Shown: positions 24,155-37,159 of the stretch, piece after piece
Layout: each line of letters opens with the position of its first letter
How positions within the stretch are numbered: position 1 is the stretch's first letter
From: Camelus dromedarius
Taxonomy: Eukaryota
Direction: 5' to 3'
Assembly (NCBI RefSeq): GCF_036321535.1
Contig: NC_087437.1
Span: forward strand, 8,184,001 to 8,248,000
Length of the DNA: 64,000 bases
Made by a program: the position numbers and the translations under genes
Notes under the pieces: generated by a model
Told to the model about the DNA's origin: nothing
Database searches by the model: none
The model's input: only the letters and a program-made list of their open reading frames with translations

Positions 24155-24640
24155 ATTGTTTTTTTGTTTTTTTTTTAATTGAAGTACCGTCAGTTACAAT
24201 GTGTCATTTTCTGGTATACAGCACAATGGCCCAGTCATGCAGATACAAGGTTATTACAAGATATTGAACATAGTTCCCTGTGCTATACGAAGAAACTTTT
24301 AAAAAAATCTATTTTTATATGTGATGGCTAACATTTGCAGATCTCAAACTCCCAAATTTATCCCTTCCCATCCCCTTACCCTGGTAACCCTAAGATTGTT
24401 TACTATGTCTACGAGTCTGTTTGTATTTTGTAGATGAGTTCATAGTGTCCTTTTTTTTTTTTTTTTGTCCTTTTTTCTTCTCTTAGATTCCACGTATGAG
24501 TGATATCATATATTTTTCTTTCTCTTTCTGGCTTACTTCACTTAGAATGATGATTTCCAGGTCCATCCATGTTGCTGCAAATGGCATTATTTTATTCTTT
24601 TTTATGGCTGAATAGTAATCCATTGTATAAATATATCATG
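24155..24640 (-). mobile_element. Lineage-specific L1 3' end
   Basis: Poly-T then aattgaagtaccgtcagttacaatg ... tccatccatgttgctgcaaatggcatt. Confidence 0.85.
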
Positions 24641-25519
24641 GAGATTATACTTTAAATGTTATGAGATGCCATTGAAGGGTTTTGAGCAGTGGGTTGTGGG
24701 ATGAGGTTTGCATTTATAGTTTTAAAAGTCTGTACCATGGAGAGGGGATGGTGGCAGAGTGAGGGTGGAGCCCAGTTCGGAAGCTGTGGTTGGCAGCCTG
24801 GGCAAGAGGTGATGGCCATGGAGACAGATGTGAGCACACTGAAGATGGAATTTACAGGTAGAAATGACTACTAGTATTTATTGAGAACTTTTTTTGAGGG
24901 AGGAATTGGGAATATAAAAATGAGAAAAGTAAGTCTGACTCTCAAGGGAGCCCAGTGAAAGGCAAGCACATTTAGGAGTTGGCTGTGTATCTTTCTACCT
25001 CTTTCTCTTGCTTTTGCTTCTTCTTTAAAATTGAAGTTTAGTTGATTTACAATGTTGTGTTAGTTTCTGATGTACAGCATAGTGATTCTTTTTCAGTATA
25101 GGTTATTACAAGCTATTGAATATAGTTCCCTGTGCTATAAACTAGGACCTTGTTGTTCATTTATTTTATGTATAGTAGTGTGTATCTGCAAATCCCAAAC
25201 TCCCAGTTTATCCCTTGCATGCTTTTGCATTTTATATGCACTGATTGAACATATACAAAATTGTGCTTATACGTCAGTGTGTGTTTGCTTTTAACACAGA
25301 CAGTATTATACTGTATAGGGTTCATTCAACAGTATTTCCTGGAGACCTGCCTATGCTCTTACATTTGTGTAAAAGTCATTCTTTGTAGCAGCCTCATACT
25401 ATTCTATAGCATTAATATGCCAGAAGTAACCTTGGTGGGGCAATGGGGAGCACACCTGCTCCCTCAGTCTCTACTCACCAAGACCTTTCTAATTGTGGTT
25501 TTCTTATCTCAGCAAGTGG

Positions 25520-25930
25520 TGTCAACCTGAATAAAGAACTAAAGTGAGGCAAGCTGGAACTACCAGAAATTGAGTTTATTCGGGAATAGCCTAGGAATTG
25601 CCATCTGGGGAAATGCGGACCACAGCAAGCTACAGGTAGGCGTGTTGAGGGTGTGTGTGGGCTGTATTCAGGGGCAGGGAGTGCAGACAAGGGGGGGGAT
25701 CTGGCTGGAATCCAAGCAGTGAGTTCACTGGCTTGAGGATGGGGAGAGACTCCTGTCGGTTGTTCATGGGGCAGGAGGGAAGTCAGGGTCTTCTGTAAAC
25801 CAGCCTTTACGACTAATTGGTCTCTCAGCTCTTCAGTTCCAAGTTCTGTTCTTCTCAGGGAATTTGCATGAGATTCTCTATTTCATATCCTCTGGTTCCA
25901 TTTTTGATCACAGTTGTGAATACTCTGTCA
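25520..25930 (-). mobile_element. Probable ERV solo LTR
   Basis: TG...CA termini with near-TSD GTGG/GTGA; antisense poly(A) signal (gagtttattcggg) near the left end. Confidence 0.5.
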
Positions 25931-26374
25931 GTGAAAACACTGCTTTTTATTTTCTTGATGTTCGCTTTGTAAAAGGACTGCGCACGAGAGCTTACTAAAT
26001 GCTCACAGCAGTCTGATTGTGCAGAGGCAGCCAGCCTCCTGAATCCTTTGCCCTTGAAATGTCCCTGCCTGGTGCTCAGAACACACTTTGAATAGGCCTT
26101 GAAATGGTGGGCCTTCAGCCTAAGGCAGTATGTCATCTGGGTTCTCTGAGCAGGGAAATAATGAAAAATCATGCTCAGTTTATGTCACAAGCCATTCGCC
26201 ATTCAGACAGTGATGGCTTTCAGGGCGGACTGAAATGAGGTTGTTTTCTTCTGCCTCAAAACATCCTGGAAATAGTCTGCCTCCTGAAATCCAGGGACAG
26301 CTTGGGAGACAGAGGTGATGGGTAGGTTAATATTGAAGCTGGGTTTCCCTCTGCCCCCATCATTTTATGCTCTG

Positions 26375-26470
26375 TTTTTGTTGTTGTTTGTTTGTTAGTT
26401 TTTAATGGAGGTACTGGGGATTGAACCCAAGACCTCATGCATCGTCTACCACTGAGCTATACCTTCCCTC
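26375..26470 (-). mobile_element. tRNA-derived SINE with internal deletion
   Basis: ggaggtactggggattgaaccc...ctaccactgagctatacc; (GTTT)n tail. Confidence 0.85.
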
Positions 26471-27173
26471 CCCTATTTTATGATGAAAATTTCAAACATA
26501 CAGAAAAATTTACAAACTGCACAGTAAACACTTCTATACCTGCTACCTAGATTCAATTATTAACATTTCACTCGAGTTGCTTTATAGTATATCTGTTCAT
26601 CTGCCAATTTGCCTGTTCACAGCTGCATCAATTCATCTTTTTTTTTCTTTTTCTGCTCCAGGCACATTGCATATATCAGGACACGGCACCCTTAACCTTT
26701 CAGCATGAGCACCATCGACTAGATGTTACTATTTATATATTTTTTAATATATGAGGAAACTGACATCCAGTGAAATACACAAACCTCAAGGAGAGGATGA
26801 GTTTGACAAATGCCTGCACGTGGAACCCAAACCCCTATCTATATCTGCTGACATCATGTTGGACTTTGCTCATGGGATCTCAGCTGTTAAGACTCCCATT
26901 CTGCTTTAGTGAGAATTGCAAAAAAGAAAGAAAAAAAATTGGTAAACCCCTCGGTAGAGCCAGAGGGACTAAGGGTGATAAAGTGAAGCACATCAAGAAA
27001 GGAAGCCCCAAGTAACTGCCCGAAGGAAACTGAGAGTCTGTGATGGCGAACCTTGAAACTGGACTCAAGCTGGGAGAGGCTATTTCCTTTTATGCTAACG
27101 TCACTGTTGGGATCTACAAACTTAAACAAAAAAGTTCACTTTTACATACCATTCTGCATTAAAAGTCAAAAGA

Positions 27174-27272
27174 GGGGGGTGGGTGTAGCTCAGTAGTGGA
27201 GTGCATGCTTAGCATGCACAAGTTTCTGGGTTCAATCCCCAGTACCTCCATTAAAAAATAATGTAGATTTTA
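27174..27272 (+). mobile_element. tRNA-derived SINE with perfect TSD
   Basis: TSD AAAAGTCAAAAGA at 27161-27173 and 27273-27285. Confidence 0.92.
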
Positions 27273-28621
27273 AAAAGTCAAAAGAACATAAGAGAATCTA
27301 GAAAAGGGATAGAGAAAATTAACCGGAACAAAATGGGACGGGAAGGGGAATGTTTTCAGAGAAAAGCACATTCCTGAGGGCATTTCTGGCCGGAGTTGAG
27401 GGTGAGCTAGACAGCATGCAAAAAATCTGATAATACGCACATTATGATCCATATTATGTAAAAATTATGACCCATATGACAAAAGCAGGGCACTTGTGAA
27501 GGGTCCTGAGATAGAGCGCTGGGCTGTAAAACCTGCTTTAGACAGGCAGATCAAAGGTGCACAACTTTCAAATGATAAACAGAGACGTGCCTTCTAAACA
27601 CCCCCCTCCTCGTCATCAACAATGAAAACGACAGTTTTCAACAGTTTCAACAAAGTTGAAAACGCTGAGTTGAGTTTTTTGTTTTGTTTTTAAGTTTGAG
27701 GCCAAAATCAACACATTCTTTTGGACGCGGCTTAATTTTTTTCATGGTTAATATGCATGCTGGTGATATCAATTTTGAAAACTATGGAACGTTATAGGAA
27801 AGAAAGAAGCAAGGTTGTAATTCCACCCTGCAGAGATGAGCCCGATGGACAAACTTTTACCACTGCGCGTAGTTTTCATTCTGACAGGGGTTTTCGGACA
27901 ACCGTTCTTTTACCAGCCAGCACTTTCAAACAAATGACAAAAAATATTGATCAACAGTCTTTCCCTTTCTCTGGCAGATGGGATTCAGAAATTGCTTAGA
28001 GGGAGAAAGCGTTCTTAATTAAAAGAAAGACGTTGGACCGAAAAGTATCTAAAAAGAGAAACAGAAAATATCACGCCTTTATTTCGGCGAATTAGCAACA
28101 AAGAAAAGGATTAGCATGGACGGGTACTTTTCAAAAATATTTTTTTTTCCTCTGGCTCCCGCTAGGGTGGAGGAAGTTGTCTTGGTTCCAAGAGACGGTG
28201 GAATAGAGGGGGGAACCAATGATGGGAGCCTCGCCCCGCGCCCCCACCCTCGGCGGGGTCGGCGTTGGGTGGGGGCTGCGGAGACGGAGGCGGCCAGCAG
28301 GTGCCTGGGCTCCGGCCCCTACCCCCACCCCTCCCCCTCCCTGTCCCCCTCCTCCCGGGCTTGGCCTCGCCCCCTGGCGGGCGAGCGCCGGGTGCTGGGC
28401 GCGGGGTGGGGGGCGCACGCCCCGCGGGCAGCGGGAAACAGCCGGGGTGGGGGGCCCAGCCCGGCCCCGGAGAGAGGCCGGCCCCCGCCGCCCGCACCCC
28501 GGGAACATGTCCGCGGCCCGGGCGCGGAGCGGGGCCCCGGGGAGCAGAGCCCGGGGAGGGCGGGTGCCGTGGCGGCGGCGGCCGCGGAGCCGCTAGTCCC
28601 CTCCCTCCTGGGGGAGCAGCT

Positions 28622-28648
28622 GCCGCCGCCGCCGCCGCCGCCGCCGCC
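28622..28648 (+). repeat. (GCC)9 trinucleotide repeat in the probable KAT2B 5' UTR
   Basis: Nine perfect GCC units read directly. Confidence 0.95.
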
Positions 28649-28852
28649 GTCAGCGCGCGGGCCGCTGCCGGAGCGAGCCGGGCGGGCGGGCGGCGCGCGG
28701 GGGAGGGCGGGGGCGGGGAGGGGGGTGGGCGCAGGGGCGGGAGGGCGCGGGGGGAGGGTCTCGCGCTCCCGGCGACCAGAGCCCGAGAGGGAGACCCTGG
28801 CGGCGGCCGCGGCGCCTGACACTCGGCGCCTCCTGCCGTGCTCCGGGGCGGC

Positions 28853-29146
28853 ATGTCCGAGGCTGGCGGGGCCGGGCCGGGCGGCGGCGGCGGCGCGGGG
28901 GCCGGGCTCGGGGCGCTGCCCCCACCGCCCCCCGCGCCGCCGCCCGCGCCCCCGCAGGGCTCCCCGGGCGCCGCGGCCGCCGGGGGCTCGGGCGCCTGCG
29001 GACCGGCTACGGCGGTGGCGGCGGCGGGCACGGCCGAAGGACCGGGAGGCGGCGGCTCGGCCCGGATCGCCGTGAAGAAGGCGCAGCTGCGCTCCGCTCC
29101 GCGGGCCAAGAAACTGGAGAAACTCGGAGTGTACTCTGCCTGCAAG
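28853..29146 (+). CDS. KAT2B: Histone acetyltransferase KAT2B (PCAF), coding exon 1 (98 codons)
   Basis: Translation MSEAGGAGPG...ARIAVKKAQLRSAPRAKKLEKLGVYSACK is the PCAF N-terminus. ATG at 28853; donor AAG|GTACGC at 29147; lies in a CpG island. Confidence 0.98.
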
Positions 29147-30387
29147 GTACGCGCCCGGCGCCCGGACCGCCCGGGGGACCGCGGCCCGGCCCGCGGGACC
29201 CCCGCCCCCTCCCCCTTCCGCCCCCGCCTCCCGCCCGGGGCCCAGGCACCGCGGAAGTGCCGCTGTCGCCCGCGCCCAATTAGCTGCTCTCAGACCAGAG
29301 TCCTGCCGGGTGGGAAGAAGGGATCGCCAGGACCGAGAGCCTTTCATTCCTCCTCCTTGGAAGGAGTTGCCTCTGCGTCCGCGCTCCTAGGCTGCCCTGG
29401 GGCTTTGTTGCTCTGTAGGAGCTCGCCAGAGGCGCCTTCCAGGGAGCAGAGCTGGGCTCACTGAGTGGCGAGCGCCTCAGGGCCAAGGAAACGTCTTTTG
29501 GGGGACCTCAGCGCCCCCTTTCCGCCCTCCTCTCCCGGTGATCCATTGGGCAGATCTGGAAGGAGCGAGGCTGGACTAGGATCCCGGACTCCCGGCGCTT
29601 TGGGAGCGCGAGGGGGCGGAGCGCGCCGGGTGGGAGGGTGGGCGCAGCCCGAAGCAAGGGTCCTGGAGCTCCGGGCGCCCTCGTCTGTGGGCGGAGGCGT
29701 TTCGGCGCGCGGTGACGGCCCCGTCATTATTGTATTATTACTTGTTTAGTTACAACGCTGTCCCAGCCTCTCGGGGTGTAAACAGGATTTGGCAAGGTGA
29801 CAGCCCAGCGCGGCGGGCACTCCTGCTCAGTTTGAGGACACTGGTTTCTTGCCATCCCCTCTCCATCCCAGTTCTGGGCACCCCGTCGCCTCTCAGCTGC
29901 GGCTCCAGATGTGGGCACCGTGCTGCCGGGGTGGGAGGATTGCCCGAGGCCGCGGGGCAGGCTGGCCCTGCGCTGTCAGCAGCGGCTTTGTTTTGACAGG
30001 GTGACAGCTGAGGGGGGCGGGGACTTGGCCTTGTCAGCTCCTGCGGCCTGTGGCTGAGGCGGGGAAGAGACACACTCACACACTCACACCCTCCCCTGTG
30101 TTCCTCCCGCCCGCCTGCCGCAAACAGGGTCAAGTTCCCAGATTCCAGATTCCCACAACCCAGCTGCAGTTGGCCACGTCTGAATTTTGGTGTAAAGATG
30201 ATTAATCCTGCTAGAACCTCTCTCCCCGGTGATGCTGTTTTTAGTATTTACGTGAGCTTCTCAACCGCAGTGGAATGTCTGTACTTAACCTTTTCCCACC
30301 CCATTCACATCCTCTTGTGTCTGTGGAACACCTACTCTCTATCCTGCACTGGCTCAACAGACATTTGTGGAATGAACGTAGGATCTA

Positions 30388-30550
30388 GCCCAGTGCTTCT
30401 CAAACTTTCACGTGTTTGGGAATCATCTGGGGAGCTGGTTAAATGCTGATTCCGAACCAGTAGGTCTGGGAGGGGGCTGAGATTCTGCGTTTCTAACTAA
30501 CTCTCAGGTGGTGTGATGCTAGTCCATTGACCACACTCTAAGTTGCAAGA
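30388..30550. mobile_element. hAT-Charlie MITE (MER5-like)
   Basis: cagtgcttctcaaactt..gaatcatctggggagct..agtaggtctggg..gagattctgcgtttctaac..accacactcta. Confidence 0.8.
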
Positions 30551-33173
30551 CCCTTGTTCAGATGTGGACGATATAGCGTTAAGGCTCCTTTGAATTCCGC
30601 CAAGAAAACTGAAACTTTGCCATCCAGTTGCTGTTTCTGAAGAAAGAATGAAAAAATAAAGTGGGGATTGTGCTTCTAACCTAGCGCTTTGCATTGGGTC
30701 CCCATCATAAACAGCTTTTCTCCTTGCTGCCTGTTGCTGCCTTAAGGTGTGAAAACTTCCCTGAAGTTTTGGTCCTATCTGAAACTTTCCATGAGCGTTT
30801 GTGCCCTGAATTGATATTTCTGATCCTTTCAAATTTCCACTAGGGAAATGTAGCACCTTTTGTAAAGTCTGTGACTCCCTTATTAAAGGTCCGTCTTCCT
30901 GACCCGGGAGACTCTGAAAGTGTCAGTTTCTATTTCCTCATTCATTCAGTAAGTACTTAGAGGGGTCCCAACTGGGTACCAGGCACCGTGCTGGGTGCTG
31001 GGGCTGTGATGCCCAGAATCTGTCCCTCTGGGGCTACTGACCACAGGTGTGCATGCACTTGCATGCATGTGTTGAAGGCCTGGGGAGGTGGGCAGTGAAC
31101 CGGTCACAATGAAGTTCAAAGAGACTGCTTTCTTAGTGTGGTTTTGGAACTCAGGACAGGGCATTCATGGGCTGGAGCACGGGTTGAGGGAGGAATGGCT
31201 TCCTGGAGGAAGTGTCAGTGGGTGCTAAGGATTCTCAGCCATGCAGGGTGGGGTGAGCTGGAGCTCCTTGTGGTGGAGAAACTGAAAGCAGTTATGAAAG
31301 CTTGGAGCTGCGCCAGCAGGAGCTAGAGTCCATTGGCTGAGGCCACTAGGATGGTGGTGGTGTGTATGTGTGTGTGGTGTGACCCAGAGGAATCCAGGAA
31401 TCTTAACAATATCTCAGATTTGCTTTTTTTTTTTTTTGGGGGGGGGCTATACTTGATTGAGTATGAGCAGGTGCAGGAGAGCAGAATCTGTGTTTCCTTC
31501 TCAGCTCGTCTCTCCCCTTCACGTAAGAAAGCCCAGAAGGACAGATGCCTCTGCCTTTTGTCACTGACTGGCCACTCGGCCAGTTGGAGAGCACAGCAAG
31601 GTTACGGAGCGAGGAAAGAGTCGAGGTACTTTACTGGGGGCGACTGAGAGAAAACAGGTCCCAGACCTGAAAAAAGGCCTTTCAACTTCACAAACGAAAC
31701 AGAACAAGAAGGGAGCCAGTTCACAGCCTGGGTGGTGCGCCACGCCCCGGAGAGAAGTTAAAAAAAAAAAAAAAGAAACAAACAAACTTGTTTTGCAGGA
31801 TCCCAGGTAGAGCTCTTTGAACTCTGTTCTGGCAAAGGTTGCTTCAGTGTCACTTTGTTCCTGCGACACAGCCAGAGTGGTCATTAAAAATGTGGATCTG
31901 ACGGTGTTAGGCCCCTGCTTGGGACCCTTCAGTTTTCTTTACAGGGGTCCACAAGGCCCTGCGTGGCCTGACCACTGCTGTCTCTGGCCCCTTTTCAGGG
32001 CCTTGCATGCTTGGTTCCCTTCTACCTCAGGGACTTTGCACATACACTTTGCATATTCACTAGGACTAAAAGCTCTCACTTCACTTTCAAATGAACTCAG
32101 ATCTTCCTGCAAATCTCAGACTCCTTGCATTTCCTCTACAGCCCTGGCCAGCTTTCCCATGATAAATTCCCTGAACCTCTCTGTATCTGCTTTTTATTCT
32201 TGGTGCTTTTATCATGATTTTTAATTGTGTGATTATTTGATATGCATTTGTCACTCTTGAGTTGGTTCTAGGTACTGTGGTTACTGACTGGATGGGTGAA
32301 CTAGAGAAGAGAACACTGAAGAAAATGATTAACTGTCAGAATAGCAGTAGTGAAATTGTAGCCTGACCACTTCTTGACAACTGGGCAGAGGGGTTTATTT
32401 TTCCACACAGGGCATTTCCAGGTCTCATGCAGATGTGCCCGGGACTGGAGTTTTAGTGTTATAAAAGGAGCCCCGAGTGAGTTATGAGTAGCCTAAATTT
32501 GTATCTCCTTGCACTAAACCATTGACTGACTCTTCCTAGTGAAATAGGCCATTTCTACATGAGTCGGGGAGTAGCGGCCCCTTCTGAATCTGGACTAACC
32601 TGAGTTCATATTCAGGTTCAGCTGTGTGACCTTGGACAAGGACTTTACCTCAGCCTCCATTTCCTTGTCTGTAAAGTAGGACTGATGCCGCCCCCTGCCG
32701 CCTCCAGCTTAATGGTGAGGATTTTAAATGGGCGCCTGTGTACAAGGCATCCAGCGGGGTGTCTGGTCCCTGGCAAGTCCTCCCAGCAGCTCAGAGAAGG
32801 GGATGCACTGTCAACGTGGATGTCAGGAAAGGACACAGAGCTTAGTCTCCAATCCCAGCTCTGCCACCTGCGTGACCCGGGGCGGAAATCACTTAGTTTT
32901 TCCTCTGAGCCTTGACTACTTTATCTCTGAGATAGAGACTGTAACTTCACCCTTGACGTTAAAAGAGAAAAGGTCCCCTTAGAGTTCCTGGAACCTGAAA
33001 GTGTGGGGTGGATGCTGGTGAAACGAAATTGCCTGATGCTCTACTTGTCTGTCAGAGTCAGGGGCCACAGAGCATCCATGGGGAACCCGGTTGCTTCGAT
33101 TCTGGGCTGAGTGCCATCCTTAGAGACTGAAAAGGGCAAAGGGCTACACAATTATTTAGAAAATAATGGTTTA

Positions 33174-33561
33174 GAGATAGACTCACAGACACAAGAAAAC
33201 AAACTGTAGTTACTGGGGGGAAAGGTGAGGGAGGGATAGATTAGGAGTTTGGGATTAACAGATACACATTCCTATATATAAAACAGATAAACAACAAGGA
33301 CCTATTATAGAGCACAGGGAACTATATCCAATAACTGGTAATAAACTCTAGTGGAAAAGAATCTGGAAAATTATACATACATATTTGTATATATATAGAT
33401 ACAGGAAACTATATTCAATTTCTTGTAATGAGCTGTAATGGAAAAGGATCTGAAGTAACATATCTATATATATGTATGTGCATGTATAACAATCAGTTTG
33501 CTGTACACCTGAAACTAACATTGTAAATCGGCTACACTTCAATAAAATGTAAGAATTAAAA
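33174..33561 (+). mobile_element. Lineage-specific L1 3' end with perfect TSD
   Basis: TSD AAAATAATGGTTTA at 33160-33173 and 33562-33575; AATAAA plus A-rich tail; internal duplicated block around 33310-33480. Confidence 0.88.
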
Positions 33562-33788
33562 AAAATAATGGTTTATAATCTCAAAGTGACACGTGGCTGT
33601 AGAATATGCAGAGCAGTGGCAGAGGCACCAATGCAAGAGGAAAAGTGACCGCCCTTGGCCGGAGGCTGGTGGATGGGGCACCCAAACAAGCCTTAAAGTG
33701 AGGGAGAGTCCCGAACGCCTTTGTTTGTATTTGTCAGTCTCTCCTCCGGGGAGAGCAGATTACTTTTCAACTATTAGCAGCGGGAAGA

Positions 33789-34020
33789 GCAGTGGCTCTT
33801 ACTCAGGAGCTGTTTTGCCCCCCAGGGGATATTTGGCAATGTCTGAAGACATTCTTGGACATTGTAATTGGGGGGAGGGGGTGATACCGGCAACTAGTGA
33901 ATAGAAGCCAGGGATGCTGCTAAAACCGCCCCCTCCACCCCCGTGCACAGGACAGCCCCACACAACAAAGAATCATCTGGCCCCAGAAGACAATAGTGCT
34001 GAAGTTGAGAAACTGCCCTA
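33789..34020. mobile_element. MER20 hAT-Charlie element
   Basis: cagtggctctt..ttttgccccccaggggatatttggcaatgtctgaagacatt..ccagggatgctgctaaa..gttgagaaactg. Confidence 0.88.
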
Positions 34021-34246
34021 GAGGAAAGTCGTATTGCCCCATAATACCGTAAATACATTCCAGCATAGGAAAAATGAATGCTTTTCCTGTTAGTTTGAAT
34101 AACTCTCCAAAGCTGAAAAATCTTGCTTTGTTTTTAAAAACCTTTATTATGGTAAAATGGATAGATCATCAAACTCACTGTAAGTGTGCAGTCAGGTGCT
34201 GTTGAGTAAATGTATCAGTTCATAACCACAGTCCAGTTCTTCTTCC

Positions 34247-34338
34247 TTTTTTTTTTTTTTTTTTAAAGTCCTGGGGATTGAACCAAAGACCTCATGCCTG
34301 CTAGGCACACACTCTACCACTGAGCTCTACCCTCCCCT
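34247..34338 (-). mobile_element. tRNA-derived SINE
   Basis: Poly-T, ctggggattgaacc...ctctaccactgagctctaccctcccc; CAGTCCAGTT repeated on both flanks. Confidence 0.88.
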
Positions 34339-36204
34339 CATCGCAGTCCAGTTTTATAACTTCCATCCCCACCAAAGACTGGTCGTTCCCACCCCCACCA
34401 CCTTGGGCACTTTTACGGTGATAGTTTGTATCAACTGATTATTGGTTTGCAAATAGAAACCAATTAAAAGTATCTTTTTGGAAACTCTTTGATATAAGTA
34501 GTATTGTTACAGCAAAGCTTAACACGGAGAAGGGGGTAGATAAAATGTTTTTTAAAAATCAGACTCTAGCTGCATAAATCTATTGCATACAATGATTTCA
34601 TGTGTGGTAACTTCTCAAAGGTGGTGTCATGGAGCCAAGCACACAGGAAAAATGATTCGTTTGGCAGGCACGGTACAAAAAGCTTGAGAGAAAGATGACC
34701 AAATTTAATTCTATTTCCTCCTAAACTTTCAAGGAAGATGGAAATCAAGCCTTCAGACTGCAATTTGCAGTTTGATGTAATTGAGAAAAGCAAGTTTATA
34801 GGGGAAACAGCACAGAATCTGTAGAGCACTGTTTTGTTTTGAGAAGCTTGTGCTTGCAAATTGCATTTTGTGATTCAGCGCTGGTGGGTTTTGGTTGTTG
34901 TGGCTGTTTTTGTTTGTTTGTTTTTTAACCACTCAGTATATTTAAACCTGGTTACCTGTCTGCACCGGCTGGATTTAATTGTGTCTATCAGGCAAAGCCA
35001 AAACTCTGACCCATCATAGAGGACATTGAGGGTAAAATACAGTTTCGTGAGAGGTACCTTGGAACAGTCAGAACATCTGCTTCTCAGATGAAAGCTCTGG
35101 ATACTCAGGGCAGTGCCAATAAAACTTGCATTTCCAAGGCTCGGTGGCTTCTGTTTGAGTTGTTTGTTTCTCCGCAAGAGGAAGGCAGCAGTTTAGGAAC
35201 GGTGTCAATGGTTTCCTGCTCGTGATGGTTTCCTCCTCATCTGATTCGAACAGATGCCACCTGCCACCCATGGCATGAGTGCAGGCCTACTGACCACCTG
35301 GCACCTGGACAAAACCCTGGAAGATCATCCCCCACCACCACCCTGTGCCCCCGGGCAGCCCCTGAACTGCCTTGTCTTCCAGTTTCCTCACTGTGGAAGT
35401 GGGAGGCAAGGTCCCACCTCCCCTACGTGTTGTGAAGATGAACGCGTCTGGCATATGTGAGAGTTCTTAGAATGCAGGCATCACACAGACGGCGGTTTTA
35501 GTTTGAAACGCTTTCCACTGGCATCAGCAGTTCTGTTGCGGTGTTTTGCTGCCAGTCATCTGAGTCTTCTACCTGGGGTAAGAGACAGGTGAGGAAGGTC
35601 ATTTTCCTAGCAGGAAGCTGAGACCCAGAGAAGTTAAATTAAGCAGCTTCCTCCAGCTGCAGGGCTGACTCGGCGGAAGGTGCCCCCAGAGGCTCTGTCC
35701 CCAGTGCGCTGTTGGCACCCTCTTCCCGGACTTTCCCATGGGGTGGAAGGGATGCCGCTCTTCCAGATGCTTCACAGAGGGGACCTCATTTGTCTCAGGC
35801 AGTCTTCTGCTCCCGTTTGATGTTTATGGTGCTCCTATTGAGAGGTATGTTCAAAGGCTTTTCTAGTTCACTGAAAACTGTGCAGGCCATAAAGCAAACA
35901 AAATAAGTGTGCTTTATGACTGGCCCAGGACAGACAGATGCATGCCCCTGATTGTTTTAAAGCTGACAATTGCGGATGGTCACTGTGCTGGCCCAACAGA
36001 ATTCCCTGCTGAAAGGAGATGAAAGAGATACCTACTCAGGCTGTCCAAGGTGCCAGACGTACTAGAGATGTAAGGAATGGGCCCTCCTGGATGTTCAGGG
36101 GTCCCCACTCAGCTCTGTGTAAGACTACATACCCAACAGTATTTCAGCACAATCCAGAGGAAGTCTTTTTAAAAAATCTTTTAATTGATGAGTTGTTTTT
36201 TTAA

Positions 36205-36800
36205 TCTTATTTTTTATTGAAGTGTAGTTGATTTACAATGTTAGTTTCAGGTGTACAACAAAGTGATTCAGATACACACACACACACACACACATATGTA
36301 TATATGTATACACACACATATATTTTCAGATTCTTTCCCATTATAGGTTATTCTAAGAAATTGAGTATAGTTCCCTGTGCTACACAGTAGGTCCTTGTTG
36401 TTTATCTATGTTATATATAGTAATGTCTGTCTGTTAATTCCAAACTCCTAATTTATCCCTCCCCTCTTTCCCCTTTGATAACCATGGTTTGTTTTCTGTG
36501 TCCATGAGTCTATTTCTGGTTTATAAATGAAAATTTGTATCTTTTTTTAGATTCCACATATAAGTGATATCATATGATACTTGTCTTTCTCAGTCTGACT
36601 TACTTAACTTGATATGGTCATCTCTAGGTCCATCCATGTTGCTTCAAATCACATTATTTCATTCCTTTTTGTGGCCGAGTAGTATTCCATTGCATAAATA
36701 CACCACAGCTTCTTTATCCAGTCATCTGTTGGTGGACATTTAGGTTGTTTCCATGTCTTGGTTATTGTAAATAGTGCTGCTATGAACATTGAGGTGTATG
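36205..36800 (-). mobile_element. Lineage-specific L1 3' end
   Basis: tttttattgaagtgtagttgatttacaatg ... gtaaatagtgctgctatgaacattg, with an internal (CA)n tract. Confidence 0.88.
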
Positions 36801-37159
36801 TAAGTCATTTTTTTAAACTTTTAATTTTACTATGCAGATGGGAAATTGCTCATGTCATCAGTACATATGATGATTTTGGATGAGTTTTTACATATACACA
36901 CATCCCTGCAACGGCCATCCAGATAAAGCTATGGAGCATTTCTGGCACCTCACAGGCCTCCTTGTGCCCCCTCCCCACCCCTGGTAACCCTCATTCTGAT
37001 CTTTATTACTAGAGATTAGTGTTGCCTCTCTTAAACGTCACACAAATGCAGTCACATGGGATGAACGCCTTTCCCTCTGGTTTCTGTCGCTCTGTGGTGT
37101 CTGAGCTACACGTGTGTATTGCTGCAGATAGCTGCAGTTTGTAAACACACATTTTTAAA

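Larger units (their letters stand above)
28190..30130. promoter_or_regulatory. CpG island: KAT2B promoter, 5' UTR, exon 1 and start of intron 1
   Basis: Very high GC and CpG density, multiple GGGCGG GC boxes (e.g. 28682-28745), CCAAT at about 28216. Confidence 0.95.

Noticed and set aside
26900..27060. Lys-rich ORF (GRARGTKGDKVKHIKKGSPK) vaguely like HMGN proteins
   Set aside because: No RRSARLSA nucleosome-binding core, poly(A) or TSD; similarity is only compositional.
27174..27250. tRNA-Ala(AGC)-like genes here and at 9361, 20604, 52156 and others
   Set aside because: Extra 5' G-rich leader, A-tails, TSDs, broken stems and more than ten diverged copies show these are SINEs.
28116..29347. 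Long overlapping ORFs (319, 327, 342 and 184 aa) around KAT2B exon 1, including a poly-Ala ORF in the KAT2B frame ending at TGA 28817-28819
   Set aside because: Low-complexity Gly/Ala/Pro/Arg translations are expected from stop-codon depletion in an extremely GC-rich island; no recognisable domain.
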